The notes under the pieces are model-generated. The model worked only from the letters and a program-made list of their open reading frames with translations, was not told the DNA's origin and did not search any database. A program made the position numbers and the translations under genes. A DNA stretch of 64,000 nt, from contig JADEYG010000012.1 of assembly GCA_016906335.1 (NCBI GenBank), positions 744,001-808,000 on the forward strand. The letters run 5' to 3'. The stretch comes from Novakomyces olei (taxonomy: Eukaryota). How positions within the stretch are numbered: position 1 is the stretch's first letter; every line of letters starts with the position of its first letter. Positions 36,633 to 50,202 of the stretch are shown piece by piece.

Positions 36633-39235
36633 TTATAGTCCGGAAATGCGGCAAGAGTGCCCACAATCAGCGGCGGGACACAGCTTGCCTCCCTCATTGA
36701 CAAACCATTCACGCAGGCATTCTATATGGCCAGCGTGGCCACAGCCTTGGCACCATATGCATCTCTTTCGCATAGGCATCCCACAAATAATGCATCCACC
36801 GAGTAATCTAGAGCAGCGCCGGCAGTACCAGTATCCGCTGTTCTCCTGGCCCGGCTCTTCGTTTGCCAGAGGCTTGAAGCACCGATGGCACCCAAATTTC
36901 ACTTCGACATCCTTCTCACTCATGGAACGAATACTGGAAAGGCGACTCAGCTTTATAATCTCTGTAGCAGTAATAAATAAACCGTGCATTCTCAGCAGTT
37001 CGATATAAGACGCACAAATGTCTTTTAACCGTTGGACTGGAAAATCCACAAATTCTGGTCCAATTATGGTCATCAACGTAGCCGGGAACTGTACGTCCCC
37101 ACTTTCCACATAATAATCACAGATTTTGGAAACTAGGGTTTTCGCCCGCCAGGGTTTGGATTCCCAGCTTGATAATTTGCCAATATCTTGTAGCGTATTG
37201 CCGGCCAATTTGTTTTCGCTATCACTGCCACTGCTATTGCTGTTATTGCCGTTGCCCTCTCCAGCACCGTTGCTCCCATTAATACCGTCCCCGTTTTTAT
37301 TCACAGTCTCTGTAGATTCACTTGGAGCATCCGCTCTTGATGCCACAGACGAGCCTATCGTCGAGGGACTCTGGTCCTCATTCAAGGCATCTTTAGCCTT
37401 TGCCTCCGCTCTGATATCAATCGGCGGTACTGACGTTTTCGAGTCCTGTACGGCTGTAGAGGCAGGCGGTACTGACGCTTGCGGTTCCGGCTGACTGTCA
37501 AGAGTAACTGTCTCTGCGTCGTCCGAGCCAAATTCAGATTTTGCCAAATGCCCTGACTTGCCTGAAGGCTCAGGCAGACGACTGCTCAAACTGCCTTGCT
37601 GTTGTTCCTCCCAAGATAGCACTAGAGCGATCATATCCCACGTCTTTGCAGTTCGTAGTCGAGCAGCCTCTAGTGCAACTCTTGCATTTGCCCGGCAAAT
37701 TTGTACCTTGTTGCTCCCACTCAGAGTGTACTTGCCTGCAAAATACTTGAACTGATCATCGGTGCCAATTTCTACAATACCCGTGCACTGCCTTACTCTA
37801 TAACTGCCCGCCTCACTCGGGCCATTGGACGTCGGTGGGAAATGGCGGTTCAATGATTGCAGAGAAGACATGCTCCGTGCAGTATTAAGCTCTTCAGAAT
37901 CCACAGACTCCGCGACCCGGCCTCCAGTAGACGCAGAGGCCCAAGCGAGACTAGAAGGCTGAGCGGGAGCTTTGTCGCCTGATGGTGAATGTGTCCAAGG
38001 CGGCCGATCCAGAACAAATGCAATTGCATTATGGGGAGACCAGCCAAAGCCAGCATGGTTCAGCATTGTTATAGGCCTTTTCGCGTTTCTCAATGCGCTC
38101 CTAAACAGCCTTTTGTCTTTGCCACAAGACCAAATGAAATCATCGCCCTGCCAAAGCAGTCCAGTTACAACATTTTCATGATCGTCTATTGTATAGGGGT
38201 TGATAAAGGGACGATTGACGTCCCAGATTCTTACTGAAGGATCCCCCACAAGAGAAACAGAGGCAATTTGCTGCGTACCGTCCCGCCATGCTACCCGGCT
38301 CACGGGAGCAATTGTCTGGAAAGTACAATCCGGCTTTTTGGGTGACGTGTCCAGAGCCCAAGTTTTTATAGTGCGATCTCTGCCACCGGAAGCCAGATAC
38401 CGTCCCGTATTGTCCCAAGCAACCGCCAGTGCAATACCCGAGTGGGCATTTAGTTTACGCGAACACGAATCAGGTTTCCTTAAATCCCACGTTTGCACAG
38501 TCCCATTTTCAAAGGCAGCGGCCAGTTCCAATCCGTTCCTCGGACTAAAACATACATCGCGAACTGCTTCTGAATTGCCCATCATTGTGATACGCGCAGC
38601 CCTATTCTTTTCACGAAGATCCCATAGCTTCATAGATCCGTCCTGAGACGCAGAAACGAGCCAGTTTGTATTTATACGATTAAAGGCAAGGCGGTTAACG
38701 GCGCGAGAATGCTCCGAGATTATGCGGTCTGGAGACTCGGCGATATTTGTATTCCACAGTATTACTGTCCCATTAGATGCGGCGGTGGCAATACAGTTCT
38801 GTGAGGCCCCAGTGCCCCACTGAACGTCATTTGATGCGAAATTAAGGTTTAGCCTTGGCGAGCTGCGTATATTTATACTTTCGTTTATGTCATAAGCACC
38901 CACGACAAGGATGGTCAACACTAAATGTAAATGGTTAGCAAGAGCCTTTTCGTTTCATAGATATTCATACGCCCACGGCCAGCGATAACAATTCGCTCAA
39001 AATTAGCATCGGCTGCGAGTGCGTTGATAGCACTGTCTGCTGTGAACTGCAGCGAAACTTCGTCATCTGGATCCGTCTGAAAGGAAAAGCCACGCGACAG
39101 CTTTGATCCATTAGAAGCTGTGCTTGATCCGAGAGCAGATTCGTTTGAGCGACTGGTAATTGCACCAGGCAGATGAGCGCGATTGATGAGTGACACAAAG
39201 CGGTTTATCGCTTTGCTTGATTGCCTGTCATTCAT
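36633..39235 (-). CDS. sea2/RTC1: SEA/GATOR2 subunit WDR24 (Sea2/Rtc1); exons 39235-38971, 38920-36633
   Basis: WD40 repeats (HSRAVNRL, SASQDGSMKLWDLR, SEAVRDV, WDVNRPFI) and C-terminal zinc finger/RING (CIIC..CQGCGHAGHIECLREWF..CPAADCGHSC). Confidence 0.9.
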
Positions 39236-39902
39236 CGTTGGCGCACTTTATTGCCATTGCTTGCCGACCCACCTGCATTCGACGTCTCTAGACTGGACAC
39301 GAATTAGCCATTAAATACAAAAATAATCGACACCTCTAATGGGAGATTATAGTATAATTATTTATATAATTACATTATTATTGGCACTGAGCGTTGAGCC
39401 ATGCTAGAGCACATTATAATATACTATTTGCAGAGAAATATTAGCGTACTATTCAACGGCACAAACAATGAGCCGTTTGTCCCTATTCCGTTTTATGCTA
39501 ACTTTATCCCGTAAACAGCTCGCTGATCTCAAATTGTAGATATTCCGATTTGTGGAATACTGCTCTTGGTGGCTATAACTTTAGACTTTTGACGATTTAA
39601 CGCAGCTTTTGTTTCGATACATGATGCATTTCTCGATAATCTTGCTCAAGACAATAATAATACTACTACACTGTACAATTTCAAGCGCTTGACTCATACA
39701 TTAATCATACGTGTTTCGAGTGCTGTACCCCGGTAGACTGAAATGCGACCCATAAAATGCCGACCATAGACATGGCAATACATTGAGGCCATAAACATAT
39801 TTCTATGAGTGAGCATCAGCCGAGTCTGCACATGCAAAGCCACGCTAAATGTAAACGCTAAACGTAAACGCAATAGACAAATTCACATAATGCAATAAAT
39901 CA

Positions 39903-40493
39903 TCAAGACGAGGCCGGAGCGGGCGATGAACGAGAGTCTACTTCATCAGCACCAACCGGCACCATCTCATAATCCCGCTGCTCCCGCCGGCTCGAAGACT
40001 CTCCAAACTCGATAGGTTCCAGTTCGCGTTGCATGCATGCATACTCGCCCGCGAAAACCATGCAAGCAATTGACGTAAGCTCAACGAGCCACCAGTATGC
40101 AGAATTGGGAAGCTCTCGTGAGTACAGTGACACGAGTAAGATGTGCAAAGCGTGCAGGGTTACCGTAAAATCCAGAACCAATTTTGATCGTTTGACAATT
40201 ATAAAGAGGAGGAGAATACTAGGGCAAAAAGTTAGAAGTACTAGGCATAATGCAATGCCCTACCCAGGAATACTATTCACCATATATACAATGCCGATAA
40301 TAATGCCCTCAACGGACTGTGTATTGATACTGTGGTGGTCAAACACCGACGCCCATCTTAGAGGCTGGCCAATAATTAGGAGCGTAAAAAGATCCAGGAT
40401 CCCGAGTGACACATAATAAAGCACTTGCAGCTGTGCAATTTGGTATATCGTCCGACTCGGAGTGGAGCCCACACGTTCCCGTGTGGGAGCCAT
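39903..40493 (-). CDS. sys1: Golgi membrane protein Sys1; exons 40493-40264, 40218-39903
   Basis: [53 protein letters not shown]. Intron 40219-40263. Confidence 0.88.
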
Positions 40494-40501
40494 GGAGTTT
40501 A

Positions 40502-40568
40502 GTATATTATTTATATTATTTATATTATTTATATTATTTATATTATTTATATTATTTATATTATTATA
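40502..40568. repeat. (TATATTATT)~7 array in the 185-bp sys1/prp8 divergent promoter
   Basis: Directly visible. Confidence 0.92.
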
Positions 40569-40678
40569 TCTCTAGTACAATAATAGCGTATAAGTCTTGC
40601 GTATCTCGTCACTTGAAAATATTCTTTTATATAATCTCTCTGTATTTCTATGCAGTGCACAGATCTCTGCTAACTGTG

Positions 40679-43600
40679 ATGGAGTCCGAAGGTATCCCGC
40701 CTCCACCGGGGTACGATCCTTCACAGCCGCCGGCGCCAGCAGCGCCTCCGGCACCGCCTGGTTTTGCGGCAGAAACGCCTCTGCCACCTCCGCCTGCTGA
40801 TGAAAATGAGGTCAGCAGTGACGCCAGAAAGGGGTTGCATGATCGAGCAAGGAAGTGGAGAGCGCACCAAAAAGCGCGATTCTCAGAGAAGCGTAAGCAT
40901 GGATTTATCGAGTCGCAAAAGGTCGATATGCCTCCCGAACATCTACGGAAGATTATGAAGGACCGTGGTGACCTGTCGTCCCGCAAGTTTCGTACAGACA
41001 AACGATCGTACCTGGGAGCATTAAAGTATATGCCACACGCAGTGTTAAAGCTGCTCGAAAATATGCCCATGCCCTGGGAACAGGTCCGGGAGGTACGAGT
41101 CATCTACCATATTACAGGGGCGATCACGTTTGTGAACGAGATCCCTCGTGTTATTGAGCCTCTCTACATAGCACAGTGGGGGAGTATGTGGACCATGATG
41201 AGACGCGAAAAGCGGGACCGCAAAAATTTTAAGCGTATGAGGTTCCCTCCGTTCGATGACGAAGAGCCACCGCTTGATTATGCTGACAATGTACTGGACG
41301 TTGAGCCCCTAGAACCTGTCCAAATGGAACTCGACCCAGAGGATGATGCAGCGGTGGAAGATTGGTTTTACGATCATCGTGCACTCGAGGATACTGACCA
41401 TGTAAACGGCCCTTCTTACAAACGATGGAATTTAAATGTGCAACAAATGTCAAACCTCTACAGATTTGCTAATCAGCTACTGTCGGACTTGACAGACAAC
41501 AACTATTTTTATTTGTTTGATTTGGCTTCTTTCAAGACGGCAAAGGCACTTAATGTGGCTATTCCGGGGGGACCAAAATTTGAGCCGCTTTACAAGGATA
41601 GTCCAATCGAATCGGATGACTGGAACGAGTTTAACGATATTAATAAGCTTATTATTCGCCAGCCTATTCGAACGGAATACAGAGTGGCGTTTCCTTACCT
41701 GTATAATTCCTTACCGCGATCTGTGTGCATAGGCAAGTATCATGAGCCGGCAAACGTGTTTGTGCGCACAAATGACCCGGATCTACCTGCTTTTTATTGG
41801 GACCCAGTTGTCAACCCTATTACATCACGACTTTTGCAAGCTCCCAACGTGGATATCTCCCATGAAGATTTGATATTTGGAGACAGCGAGGTAGACGATA
41901 CTTTTGAGCTGCCGGAAGCCTGTACGGCTTTTCTGCAAGACGAGGAATTGTATACCGATAACACGGCAGAAGCTATCAATTTATGGTGGGCTCCTCATCC
42001 CTTTAACAAACGAAGTGGCCACACAGTGAGGGCACAAGATGTGCCTTTGGTGAAACAATGGTACTTGGAACATTGTCCTCCTAATCAGCCGGTCAAAGTG
42101 CGAGTCTCTTACCAGAAACTCCTGAAAAATTATGTCATTAATGCTCTGCATACGCCTCCGCCAAAGAGCCATGTCAAGAAGGATTTGTTTAGACAGCTCA
42201 AGGCAACAAAGTTTTTCCAGCAAACAACTATTGACTGGGTGGAAGCTGGACTTCAAGTCTGCCGGCAAGGATACAATATGCTAAATCTCCTTATTCACCG
42301 AAGAAATCTGAATTATCTACATCTTGATTACAACTACAATTTGAAACCGGTGAAGACGCTTACTACAAAGGAGCGCAAAAAGTCTCGTTTTGGCAATGCC
42401 TTCCACTTGATGAGGGAAATTCTTCGCTTAACAAAGTTGCTAGTAGATTCGCATGTTCAGTACCGTTTGGGTAACATCGATGCTTATCAACTTGCCGACG
42501 GAATCCACTATATCTTTAACCATATCGGCCAACTCACTGGTATGTATCGCTATAAATACCGCTTGATGAGGCAGATCCGTGCATGCAAGGATTTGAAGCA
42601 TCTCATCTACTACCGGTTCAATACTGGACCTGTCGGCAAAGGTCCAGGAAATGGCTTTTGGGCTCCCTCATGGCGGGTCTGGATATTTTTTCTGCGTGGA
42701 ATTACGCCATTGCTAGAACGATGGCTTGGAAATTTATTGGCCAGGCAATTTGAAGGCCGTCAGTCAAAGAGCGGGGTCACACTGACAAAACAACGTTTGG
42801 ACAGCCATTACGACCTTGAACTCCGCGCTGCTGTAATGCATGATATTCTTGATATGATACCAGAAGGCATTAAAGCCAATAAATCGAGAGCTATTCTTCA
42901 GCATTTGTCAGAGGCCTGGAGATGCTGGAAAGCCAATATTCCGTGGAAGGTTCCGGGGCTTCCTAGTGCTGTAGAGTCAATCATCTTGCGATACGTAAAG
43001 TCAAAGAGTGACTGGTGGACGAGCACTGCTTATTACAACCGTGAAAGAATCCGGCGAGGCGCGACAGTGGACAAGACTGTGGCAAAGAAGAATCTTGGTC
43101 GTCTTACGCGTTTGTATCTAAAGGCTGAGCAAGAACGACAGTCTAATTACCTCAAAGATGGACCTTATTTGAGTACAGAGGAGGCAGTTGCAATATACAC
43201 CACAACTGTGCATTGGCTCGAGAGCCGAAAGTTCCAGCCTATTCCGTTTCCGCCCTTGTCGTACAAGAACGATACTAAGATATTGGTTTTGGCTCTGGAA
43301 AGACTGAAGGAGTCTTATTCTGTGAAGGGAAGATTGAACCAAAGGCAACGTGAAGAGCTGGCTTTGATTGAGCAAGCATACGATAATCCACATGATATGC
43401 TGGCTCAGATCAAACGACGTCTGCTGTCAGTTCGAGCGTTTAAAGAAGCAGCAATTGAGTTTATGGATATGTACAGCCATTTGATCCCGGTCTATGATGT
43501 GGATCCAATGGAAAAGATCTGTGATGCTTACTTGGATCAGTACCTGTGGTACGAAGCTGATCGACGGCACTTGTTCCCGGCTTGGATAAAACCGTCTGAT

Positions 43601-46600
43601 TCGGAACCGCCTCCACTTTTGGTATACAAATGGTGCCAAGGGATTAATAATTTGAGCAATATCTGGGAGACTTCGGAAGGCGAATGCGATGTTATGCTTG
43701 AGACATCTTTTTCGAAAGCCTTTGAAAAGGTGGATCTTACACTACTCAATAGACTGCTTCGGTTGATTATGGACTCAAACTTGGCCGATTACTGTACTTC
43801 CAAGAATAACATTACACTGAACTTTAAGGATATGAATCATGTTAACTCGTACGGCCTCATTCGGGGTCTTCAATTCGCTAGTTTTCTTTGGCAGTATTAC
43901 GGACTCATTTTGGATCTTCTCGTGCTCGGCTTGCAGCGAGCGTCAGACATGGCGGGTCCTCCGGAACTGCCTAACGAATTCCTTCAGTACAAGAACGAGC
44001 AAGTCGAAACGCGGCATCCTATTCGCCTGTATTCGCGCTATATCGACAAAGTGCACATTTTGTTTAGGTTCAGTGCCGAGGAGGCTCGGGAGCTGATCCA
44101 GCGGTTCCTCGGCGAGAATCCTGATCCGACGAATAGCAATCTGGTGAATTATTCAAAGGGCAAGAAGAACTGCTGGCCACGGGACTGTCGCATGCGGTTG
44201 ATGAAGCACGATGTGAACCTGGGCAGAGGAGTCTTTTGGGAAATAAAGAACCGTTTGCCCCGTTCAGTGACGACAATTGAATGGGACGATACGTTTGCGA
44301 GTGTATATAGCAAAGATAACCCTAATTTGCTCTTTTCAATGTCTGGATTTGAAGTCCGCATTCTGCCAAAGATACGGCAATCAGAGGAGTTTAGTCTGAA
44401 GGATGGTGTATGGAACCTTGTGAATGAACAGACAAAAGAGCGCACGGGCCAGGCTTTCCTGCGTGTGACTGATGAAGATATTCAAAAGTTTAACAACAGA
44501 ATCCGACAAATTTTAATGTCGTCAGGTTCGACGACGTTTACCAAGATTGCCAATAAATGGAACACTGCTCTTATAGCTCTAATGACCTATTATCGGGAAG
44601 CTGTTGTGTGCACTCCGGAACTCTTGGACCTACTGGTAAAGTGCGAAACAAAGATTCAGACCAGGGTCAAGATCGGATTGAATTCCAAGATGCCAAGCAG
44701 ATTTCCTCCCGCCTTATTCTATTCGCCAAAAGAACTCAGTGGTTTGGGGATGCTTTCTATGGGCCATATCTTGATCCCTCAGTCGGACCTCCGGTGGTCG
44801 AAGCAGACAGACACTGGGATTACGCATTTCCGAAGCGGAATGTCTCACGAAGAAGATCAAGTGATTCCGAATCTTTACCGCTATATCCAGCCATGGGAAA
44901 GCGAGTTTCAAGACTCTCAACGTGTGTGGGCAGAATATGCTCTGAAGCGGCAGGAAGCTCTTGATCAGAATAGGCGGTTGACGTTGGAAGACTTGGAGGA
45001 TAGTTGGGATCGTGGCATTCCCCGAATCAACACTCTGTTCCAGAAAGACAGGCACACGCTTGCCTACGACAAGGGCTGGCGAGTTCGTACAGAGTTCAAG
45101 CAATACCAGATTCTTAAAGCCAATCCTTTCTGGTGGACGAATTCGCGGCACGATGGAAAGTTGTGGAACTTGAACAACTATCGCAGCGATTCCATCCAGG
45201 CTCTTGGCGGTGTAGAGGGTATTTTGGAACATACCATGTTTAAAGCAACCGGTTTCCCGACCTGGGAGGGCTTGTTTTGGGAGAAGGCTTCCGGGTTTGA
45301 GGAGTCAATGAAGTACAAGAAGCTTACAAATGCACAACGCAGCGGTCTGAACCAAGTCCCGAACCGTCGATTTACTCTTTGGTGGTCACCAACGATTAAT
45401 CGTGCAAATGTATACGTCGGTTTCCAAGTTCAGCTTGATTTAACCGGCATTTTTATGCACGGCAAGATTCCGACACTGAAGATTTCGCTGATTCAAATAT
45501 TCAGGTCTCATTTATGGCAAAAAATCCACGAGGCAATCGTCTTTGATCTGTGCCAGGTGTTTGATACCGAGTTGGAAGCCCTGCAAATCGAAACTGTGCA
45601 AAAAGAAACCATTCACCCACGCAAGTCTTACAAAATGAACTCTTCTTGTGCAGATATCCTTCTTTTTGCAGCTTATAAATGGAACGTCTCAAGGCTTTCT
45701 CTCCTGCACGATAATCGTGATGTGTTGGAGGGCACCACTACCAACAAGTACTGGGTGGATGTACAGCTTCGCTTTGGCGACTATGACTCTCATGACATTG
45801 AGAGGTACACGCGTGCAAAGTTCCTTGATTATACGACTGATTCGCAGAGTATTTACCCATCACCCACTGGCGTAATGATTGGCGTGGACCTTTGCTATAA
45901 CCTTCATAGTGCTTACGGAAGCTGGATTCCCGGGATGAAGCCGCTCGTGCAGCAGGCAATGGCCAAGATTATGAAGGCCAATCCTGCCCTCTATGTTTTA
46001 AGGGAGCGTATTCGTAAGGGGCTTCAACTGTACTCGTCGGAGCCGCGTGAGGCGTACTTGAACTCGGCAAACTACAGTGAGCTTTTCAGCAGTCACACTA
46101 TCTGGTTTGTTGATGACACAAACGTTTACCGTGTCACTATCCACAAAACATTTGAGGGGAACTTGACTACTAAGCCGATAAACGGAGCAATTTTCATCTT
46201 CAATCCAAGAACAGGGCAGCTGTTTTTGAAGATTATCCACACGTCTGTGTGGGCCGGACAGAAACGTTTGGGCCAGCTGGCCAAATGGAAAACGGCAGAA
46301 GAAGTCGCTGCTCTTATCCGATCTCTGCCCGTGGAGGAACAGCCCAAGCAGCTAGTTGTGACGCGGAAAGGAATGCTTGACCCGTTGGAAGTGCATTTAC
46401 TGGACTTTCCCAACATTACAATCAAAGGCTCAGAGCTTCAGCTTCCATTCCAATCTGCGATCAAGCTGGAAAAACTGAACGATATGATTTTGAAGGCGAC
46501 TGAGCCGCAAATGGTCTTGTTCAACTTGTACGACGACTGGCTCAAGACAATTTCCTCGTACACTGCATTTTCAAGGTTAGTACTCATTCTGCGTGCGCTG

Positions 46601-47779
46601 CACGTCAACCTGGACAAGACAAAGATGATACTGCGGCCAGACAAGTCGATAATCACTAAAGAGCATCATATTTGGCCCAATTTAACGGACAACCAGTGGC
46701 TCGATGTGGAAACGCAGCTGCGCGACTTGATTCTGGCCGACTATGCGCGCAAGAACAATGTAAACGTTGGCTCTTTGACGAACAGTGAGGTCCGTGATAT
46801 TATATTGGGGATGGAAATAAATGCTCCGTCTCTCAAACGCCAGGCGATGGCCGAAGTGGAGCAGCAAAACCGCGATGAAGCTCAGCAAACGGCAGTAACG
46901 ACAAAGACGACAAACGTTCACGGCGACGAAATGATTGTCACAACGACTTCTGCCTATGAGAACCAGCAGTTCGCCTCCAAGACGGAGTGGAGACAGCGGG
47001 CTATTGCGAGCAGCAGCCTCCACATGCGCACAAGGCACATATTTACTGATGCTGATAACCCTAACCCTAACCATCCAACCTTTATTTTCCCAAAGAATTT
47101 GTTGACTAAATTCGTCGGTATCGCGGACCTGCATACGCAGATTGGAGGCTTCCTGTACGGCAAGAGTCCGCCAGAGCACAGTGATATTAAGGAAGTGCGA
47201 TGTATCGCAATGGTCCCGCAGCTGGGCAGTCACCGCAATGTGCAATTGCCTCATAAACTGCCAGACAGTGATGTCCTACTGGAGGGACTTGAACCTCTGG
47301 GCTGGATTCACACGCAGAGTGCTGGAAACACTAACGGACTTCCTTCGAACGATGTCACTAACCATGCAAGAATGATGCAGCAGTTTGACTCGTGGGACTC
47401 GGACACGATTACGCTGACGGTTGCTTTCACTTCTGGCAGTATTACCCTCTCCGCTTACGCTCTGTCGCCCCAAGGATTCGAATGGGGTGCTCAGAACAAG
47501 GACGTCTCCTCGACCGAGGCACAGGGATACGTGCCTAGTATGGCAGAAAGATGCTCGCTGCTTTTGTCTGATCGGATTAAAGGGTTCTTCCTTGTCCCGG
47601 AAAGCGGGATCTGGAACTATAATTTCCAAGGACCGAGTTTCAGAGCGTCGGATCTGTACACGGTCAAACTAGACGTGCCCCTGCCTTTCTTCGCCCTCGA
47701 GCATCGGAAGACTCATGTACAAAGCTACCAGGAACTGGAGGAAGACAATAGTTTCGAGACTGCTGATGTGTTTGCGTAG
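40679..47779 (+). CDS. spp42/PRP8: U5 snRNP splicing factor Prp8, apparently intronless and without intein
   Basis: Pro-rich N-terminus, [48 protein letters not shown]. Likely ATG at 40679; the upstream ORF extension runs through repeat and antisense sys1 sequence. Confidence 0.97.
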   Translation: MESEGIPPPPGYDPSQPPAPAAPPAPPGFAAETPLPPPPADENEVSSDARKGLHDRARKWRAHQKARFSEKRKHGFIESQKVDMPPEHLRKIMKDRGDLSSRKFRTDKRSYLGALKYMPHAVLKLLENMPMPWEQVREVRVIYHITGAITFVNEIPRVIEPLYIAQWGSMWTMMRREKRDRKNFKRMRFPPFDDEEPPLDYADNVLDVEPLEPVQMELDPEDDAAVEDWFYDHRALEDTDHVNGPSYKRWNLNVQQMSNLYRFANQLLSDLTDNNYFYLFDLASFKTAKALNVAIPGGPKFEPLYKDSPIESDDWNEFNDINKLIIRQPIRTEYRVAFPYLYNSLPRSVCIGKYHEPANVFVRTNDPDLPAFYWDPVVNPITSRLLQAPNVDISHEDLIFGDSEVDDTFELPEACTAFLQDEELYTDNTAEAINLWWAPHPFNKRSGHTVRAQDVPLVKQWYLEHCPPNQPVKVRVSYQKLLKNYVINALHTPPPKSHVKKDLFRQLKATKFFQQTTIDWVEAGLQVCRQGYNMLNLLIHRRNLNYLHLDYNYNLKPVKTLTTKERKKSRFGNAFHLMREILRLTKLLVDSHVQYRLGNIDAYQLADGIHYIFNHIGQLTGMYRYKYRLMRQIRACKDLKHLIYYRFNTGPVGKGPGNGFWAPSWRVWIFFLRGITPLLERWLGNLLARQFEGRQSKSGVTLTKQRLDSHYDLELRAAVMHDILDMIPEGIKANKSRAILQHLSEAWRCWKANIPWKVPGLPSAVESIILRYVKSKSDWWTSTAYYNRERIRRGATVDKTVAKKNLGRLTRLYLKAEQERQSNYLKDGPYLSTEEAVAIYTTTVHWLESRKFQPIPFPPLSYKNDTKILVLALERLKESYSVKGRLNQRQREELALIEQAYDNPHDMLAQIKRRLLSVRAFKEAAIEFMDMYSHLIPVYDVDPMEKICDAYLDQYLWYEADRRHLFPAWIKPSDSEPPPLLVYKWCQGINNLSNIWETSEGECDVMLETSFSKAFEKVDLTLLNRLLRLIMDSNLADYCTSKNNITLNFKDMNHVNSYGLIRGLQFASFLWQYYGLILDLLVLGLQRASDMAGPPELPNEFLQYKNEQVETRHPIRLYSRYIDKVHILFRFSAEEARELIQRFLGENPDPTNSNLVNYSKGKKNCWPRDCRMRLMKHDVNLGRGVFWEIKNRLPRSVTTIEWDDTFASVYSKDNPNLLFSMSGFEVRILPKIRQSEEFSLKDGVWNLVNEQTKERTGQAFLRVTDEDIQKFNNRIRQILMSSGSTTFTKIANKWNTALIALMTYYREAVVCTPELLDLLVKCETKIQTRVKIGLNSKMPSRFPPALFYSPKELSGLGMLSMGHILIPQSDLRWSKQTDTGITHFRSGMSHEEDQVIPNLYRYIQPWESEFQDSQRVWAEYALKRQEALDQNRRLTLEDLEDSWDRGIPRINTLFQKDRHTLAYDKGWRVRTEFKQYQILKANPFWWTNSRHDGKLWNLNNYRSDSIQALGGVEGILEHTMFKATGFPTWEGLFWEKASGFEESMKYKKLTNAQRSGLNQVPNRRFTLWWSPTINRANVYVGFQVQLDLTGIFMHGKIPTLKISLIQIFRSHLWQKIHEAIVFDLCQVFDTELEALQIETVQKETIHPRKSYKMNSSCADILLFAAYKWNVSRLSLLHDNRDVLEGTTTNKYWVDVQLRFGDYDSHDIERYTRAKFLDYTTDSQSIYPSPTGVMIGVDLCYNLHSAYGSWIPGMKPLVQQAMAKIMKANPALYVLRERIRKGLQLYSSEPREAYLNSANYSELFSSHTIWFVDDTNVYRVTIHKTFEGNLTTKPINGAIFIFNPRTGQLFLKIIHTSVWAGQKRLGQLAKWKTAEEVAALIRSLPVEEQPKQLVVTRKGMLDPLEVHLLDFPNITIKGSELQLPFQSAIKLEKLNDMILKATEPQMVLFNLYDDWLKTISSYTAFSRLVLILRALHVNLDKTKMILRPDKSIITKEHHIWPNLTDNQWLDVETQLRDLILADYARKNNVNVGSLTNSEVRDIILGMEINAPSLKRQAMAEVEQQNRDEAQQTAVTTKTTNVHGDEMIVTTTSAYENQQFASKTEWRQRAIASSSLHMRTRHIFTDADNPNPNHPTFIFPKNLLTKFVGIADLHTQIGGFLYGKSPPEHSDIKEVRCIAMVPQLGSHRNVQLPHKLPDSDVLLEGLEPLGWIHTQSAGNTNGLPSNDVTNHARMMQQFDSWDSDTITLTVAFTSGSITLSAYALSPQGFEWGAQNKDVSSTEAQGYVPSMAERCSLLLSDRIKGFFLVPESGIWNYNFQGPSFRASDLYTVKLDVPLPFFALEHRKTHVQSYQELEEDNSFETADVFA

Positions 47780-47971
47780 AGAGATGATCAAATGGCGTTC
47801 CTTCGATATTCGACATTCGAGATGTGACGCGAGGTTTGGATTCAGCGCTGGACTGCACAACGTATTGTCAGATAGTTTTTGATTGGTGTTTGAATGTATC
47901 GTACTTTTAGCAAAGGCATGGCACTCGCAGTAGATCAATAGATGACGCACTTGTAGATTGTATAGTATAAT

Positions 47972-48080
47972 ATTGTACAATATTTGTACAGTATTTGTAC
48001 AGTATTTGTACAATATTTGTACAATATTTGTACGGTATTTGTACAATATTTGTACAATATTTGTACGGTATTTGTACAGT
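47972..48080. repeat. (TATTTGTACAA/AG/GG)n 11-bp array between the convergent prp8 and rps19 3' ends
   Basis: Directly visible, about 10 copies. Confidence 0.92.
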
Positions 48081-48351
48081 ATTACGATGTATTGTATTAC
48101 TATAATATGCTATGTCTACATCTTTGCAAAATCTAGTTTAAATGCGTGTACCAGTCATTTACATGGCAAAAGCACGGCACTGTAGAACCGACTTTCTGGT
48201 TACAGACACACATTCTGAAAAGGAGACGCCCACCAGCATCTGGCAACCTCCACGTCTGTCCACCTGCGGCAGCCCACTGTTTACAACCCCCAATTTACGA
48301 GAGCACGAGTATAATAGAACAATATTTATTTGATTTTTATTATGCATGGAC

Positions 48352-48830
48352 CTATTCCTCGCTCTCCTCAACGAGGCCGTATGCAATACGGTCCAAATCC
48401 CGTTGGCCAGCCTGTGAGATTTTACGGCCACCACGTGGGTCCTTCTCAAGCACACCAATCTTCTCAAGAGATTGTATAGCCCGTCGCTCAACTGAGCCGG
48501 AAGCATCGCGGTGGTGCGACGGCCGAGAGCCACGGTTTACTGCACCTCCATGGTGTTTGCGCAGACGGCCGACACCGACACGGCTCCGGAGGTAGATATG
48601 GCGTGCAATAGAGGCAGCACGAACGTAGAACCTTGGCGCTATTAATAACCTGCAAAAAATGCCTTTGCAACTTACCAGTCCGGGTCATTAGGAGGCAGTT
48701 CCTTGTGAGTGCCAGTTTTTACGGTATCAAGCCATTGAGGCGTCTCAAGGCGGCCAGAGCGCTTCAAGAAGGCGGAATAGGCCTTGATAAAATCAGCCGC
48801 TTCCACGTCGCGTACAGTGACACCAGGCAT
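48352..48830 (-). CDS. rps19: 40S ribosomal protein S19 (eS19); exons 48830-48676, 48631-48352; additional 5'-UTR intron 48835-48882
   Basis: Own translation: [58 protein letters not shown]. Absent from the ORF track. Confidence 0.97.
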
Positions 48831-48939
48831 ATTTCTGTCCAAAAGCTGTTAGCGGATAGATCGACTTTAGAATCCGACTTACGTTGTTGATGGCTATTGT
48901 GTTGTTGTGCCTGCTCGTATTGTGTTGTCGTTTCCCTAG

Positions 48940-48969
48940 CGTGACTGCTGCTACCTGTTACCCTACCCT
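48940..48969 (-). promoter_or_regulatory. Homol-E (AGGGTAGGGT, 48969-48960) and Homol-D (CAGTCACG, 48947-48940) boxes of the rps19 promoter
   Basis: Matches to the fission-yeast ribosomal-protein promoter elements, in E-then-D order upstream of an RP gene. Confidence 0.88.
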
Positions 48970-49473
48970 GGGTATAGCTTGACATTGCACTGTCTACAGG
49001 ACACGAGACAGAGTAGTGTTACATACTCTGTCTATTGCGTTATGCTACGTGCAGCCTCGAGGTATTTAATAATAGTACAAATCCAACGTAGATTTAATTT
49101 ATTATGTATGAATGACTCAAATACGATTCTTACGAGTGTTCGCAATCTGCGAATGCAGTATGCCAAATATGAAGTTTATGCGTGTATCAATCAGCGTACT
49201 TTACTCCACACAAACTGCAGTTCAGTATTTGTCTAGTCACAAAAATGCAAAATAATTCATCCGACCAATGCTGAGTCAAATTTGCGTACACTGCTCTACA
49301 ATGAATTTGCTCTTATAATTTGCCATCGCCCAAACAACCCGTGTCCACCGTTTTTGTCACCGATTTTGGCCGTTATCAAGCAATGCTCGTCAAAATGAAC
49401 CAGGCAACTACCTTAAAGCCAGTGCCGGCTTGCTGCCCCAAACCTGATTTGCGCAGACAGATAATGATAGTAT

Positions 49474-49850
49474 CTACTCCTCTGCCTCTTCTTCATCCTC
49501 CTCGGGTATTTCCACCTTAAACTCGCCCGTCAGTGACCAGGCAATGCTGTCGTTGTCCTTTACATTTTGCGAATTTAGTGTCGCCTTTGTATCGTCCCAC
49601 ACTTTAGCCTGGCCTTGAATCGTATCCTCAAACAGGCCAATGCTGATAGAATCTGCATCTATTGGCGTGGCTACTTCCTCCACGCTGTTAATGGCGTCGG
49701 CAATTGAACGCTGCACATCTGCCAGTTTGGCAGAGCTTTGCAAGCAAAGAAAAACGGTCTGCTTGCCGTTCTTTGCCAACAGCGTTAGTGGGACTTTTGA
49801 CTTGGACGACTATTTTGTTAGCGCTTATTGCCACAAAACAAACTTGCCAT
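49474..49850 (-). CDS. Small ubiquitin-like (beta-grasp, loosely Elongin-B-like) protein with acidic tail; coding exon 1 is the ATG only (49850-49848), exon 2 is 49809-49474
   Basis: VPLTLLAKNGKQTVFLCLQSSAKLADVQ..DDTKATLNSQNVKDNDSIAW fits a Ubl pattern by eye. Intron GCAAGT..GCTAAC..TAG (49847-49810) supplies an in-frame ATG. Confidence 0.7.
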
Positions 49851-49899
49851 TTGTCATGAGTTTACGAGCGTAAGGTCGACACTAGCAATTTAAGAACGT

Positions 49900-50046
49900 A
49901 TGAATATGAATATTATGAATATTATGAATATTATGAATATTATGAATATTATGAATATTATGAATATTATGAATATTATGAATATTATGAATATTATGAA
50001 TATTAAGAACGCTGTGAATATTAAGAACGCTGTGAATATTATGAAT
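49900..50046. repeat. (ATGAATATT)~11 array plus a duplicated 18-mer in the Ubl/kinesin divergent promoter
   Basis: Directly visible. Confidence 0.95.
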
Positions 50047-50202
50047 GTATACTTGCATACAACACAAAGTAACATATATAAATTACACAGATATAGTCAC
50101 GTGACCGTTGCTATTCACGACTGTAAACAAATAGTAGCTCTTTTTCATTGGAAAGAGGAGAAGCATCTGCCGCCGCGCCAAAGGAGACAGCGCGTGCGGG
50201 CA

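Noticed and set aside
40406-40678. N-terminal extension of Prp8 in the ORF track
   Set aside because: Non-ATG start, overlaps sys1 antisense and a YYL repeat; homology starts after ATG 40679.
45280-45310. Fungal PRP8 intein
   Set aside because: The usual insertion site [11 protein letters not shown] is uninterrupted and the protein length is normal.
47056-47073. Telomere-like AACCCTAACCCTAACC inside prp8
   Set aside because: Explained by the coding sequence (NPNPNH).
48140-48320. Possible H/ACA snoRNA downstream of rps19
   Set aside because: Only short hairpins; no correctly placed H or ACA boxes.
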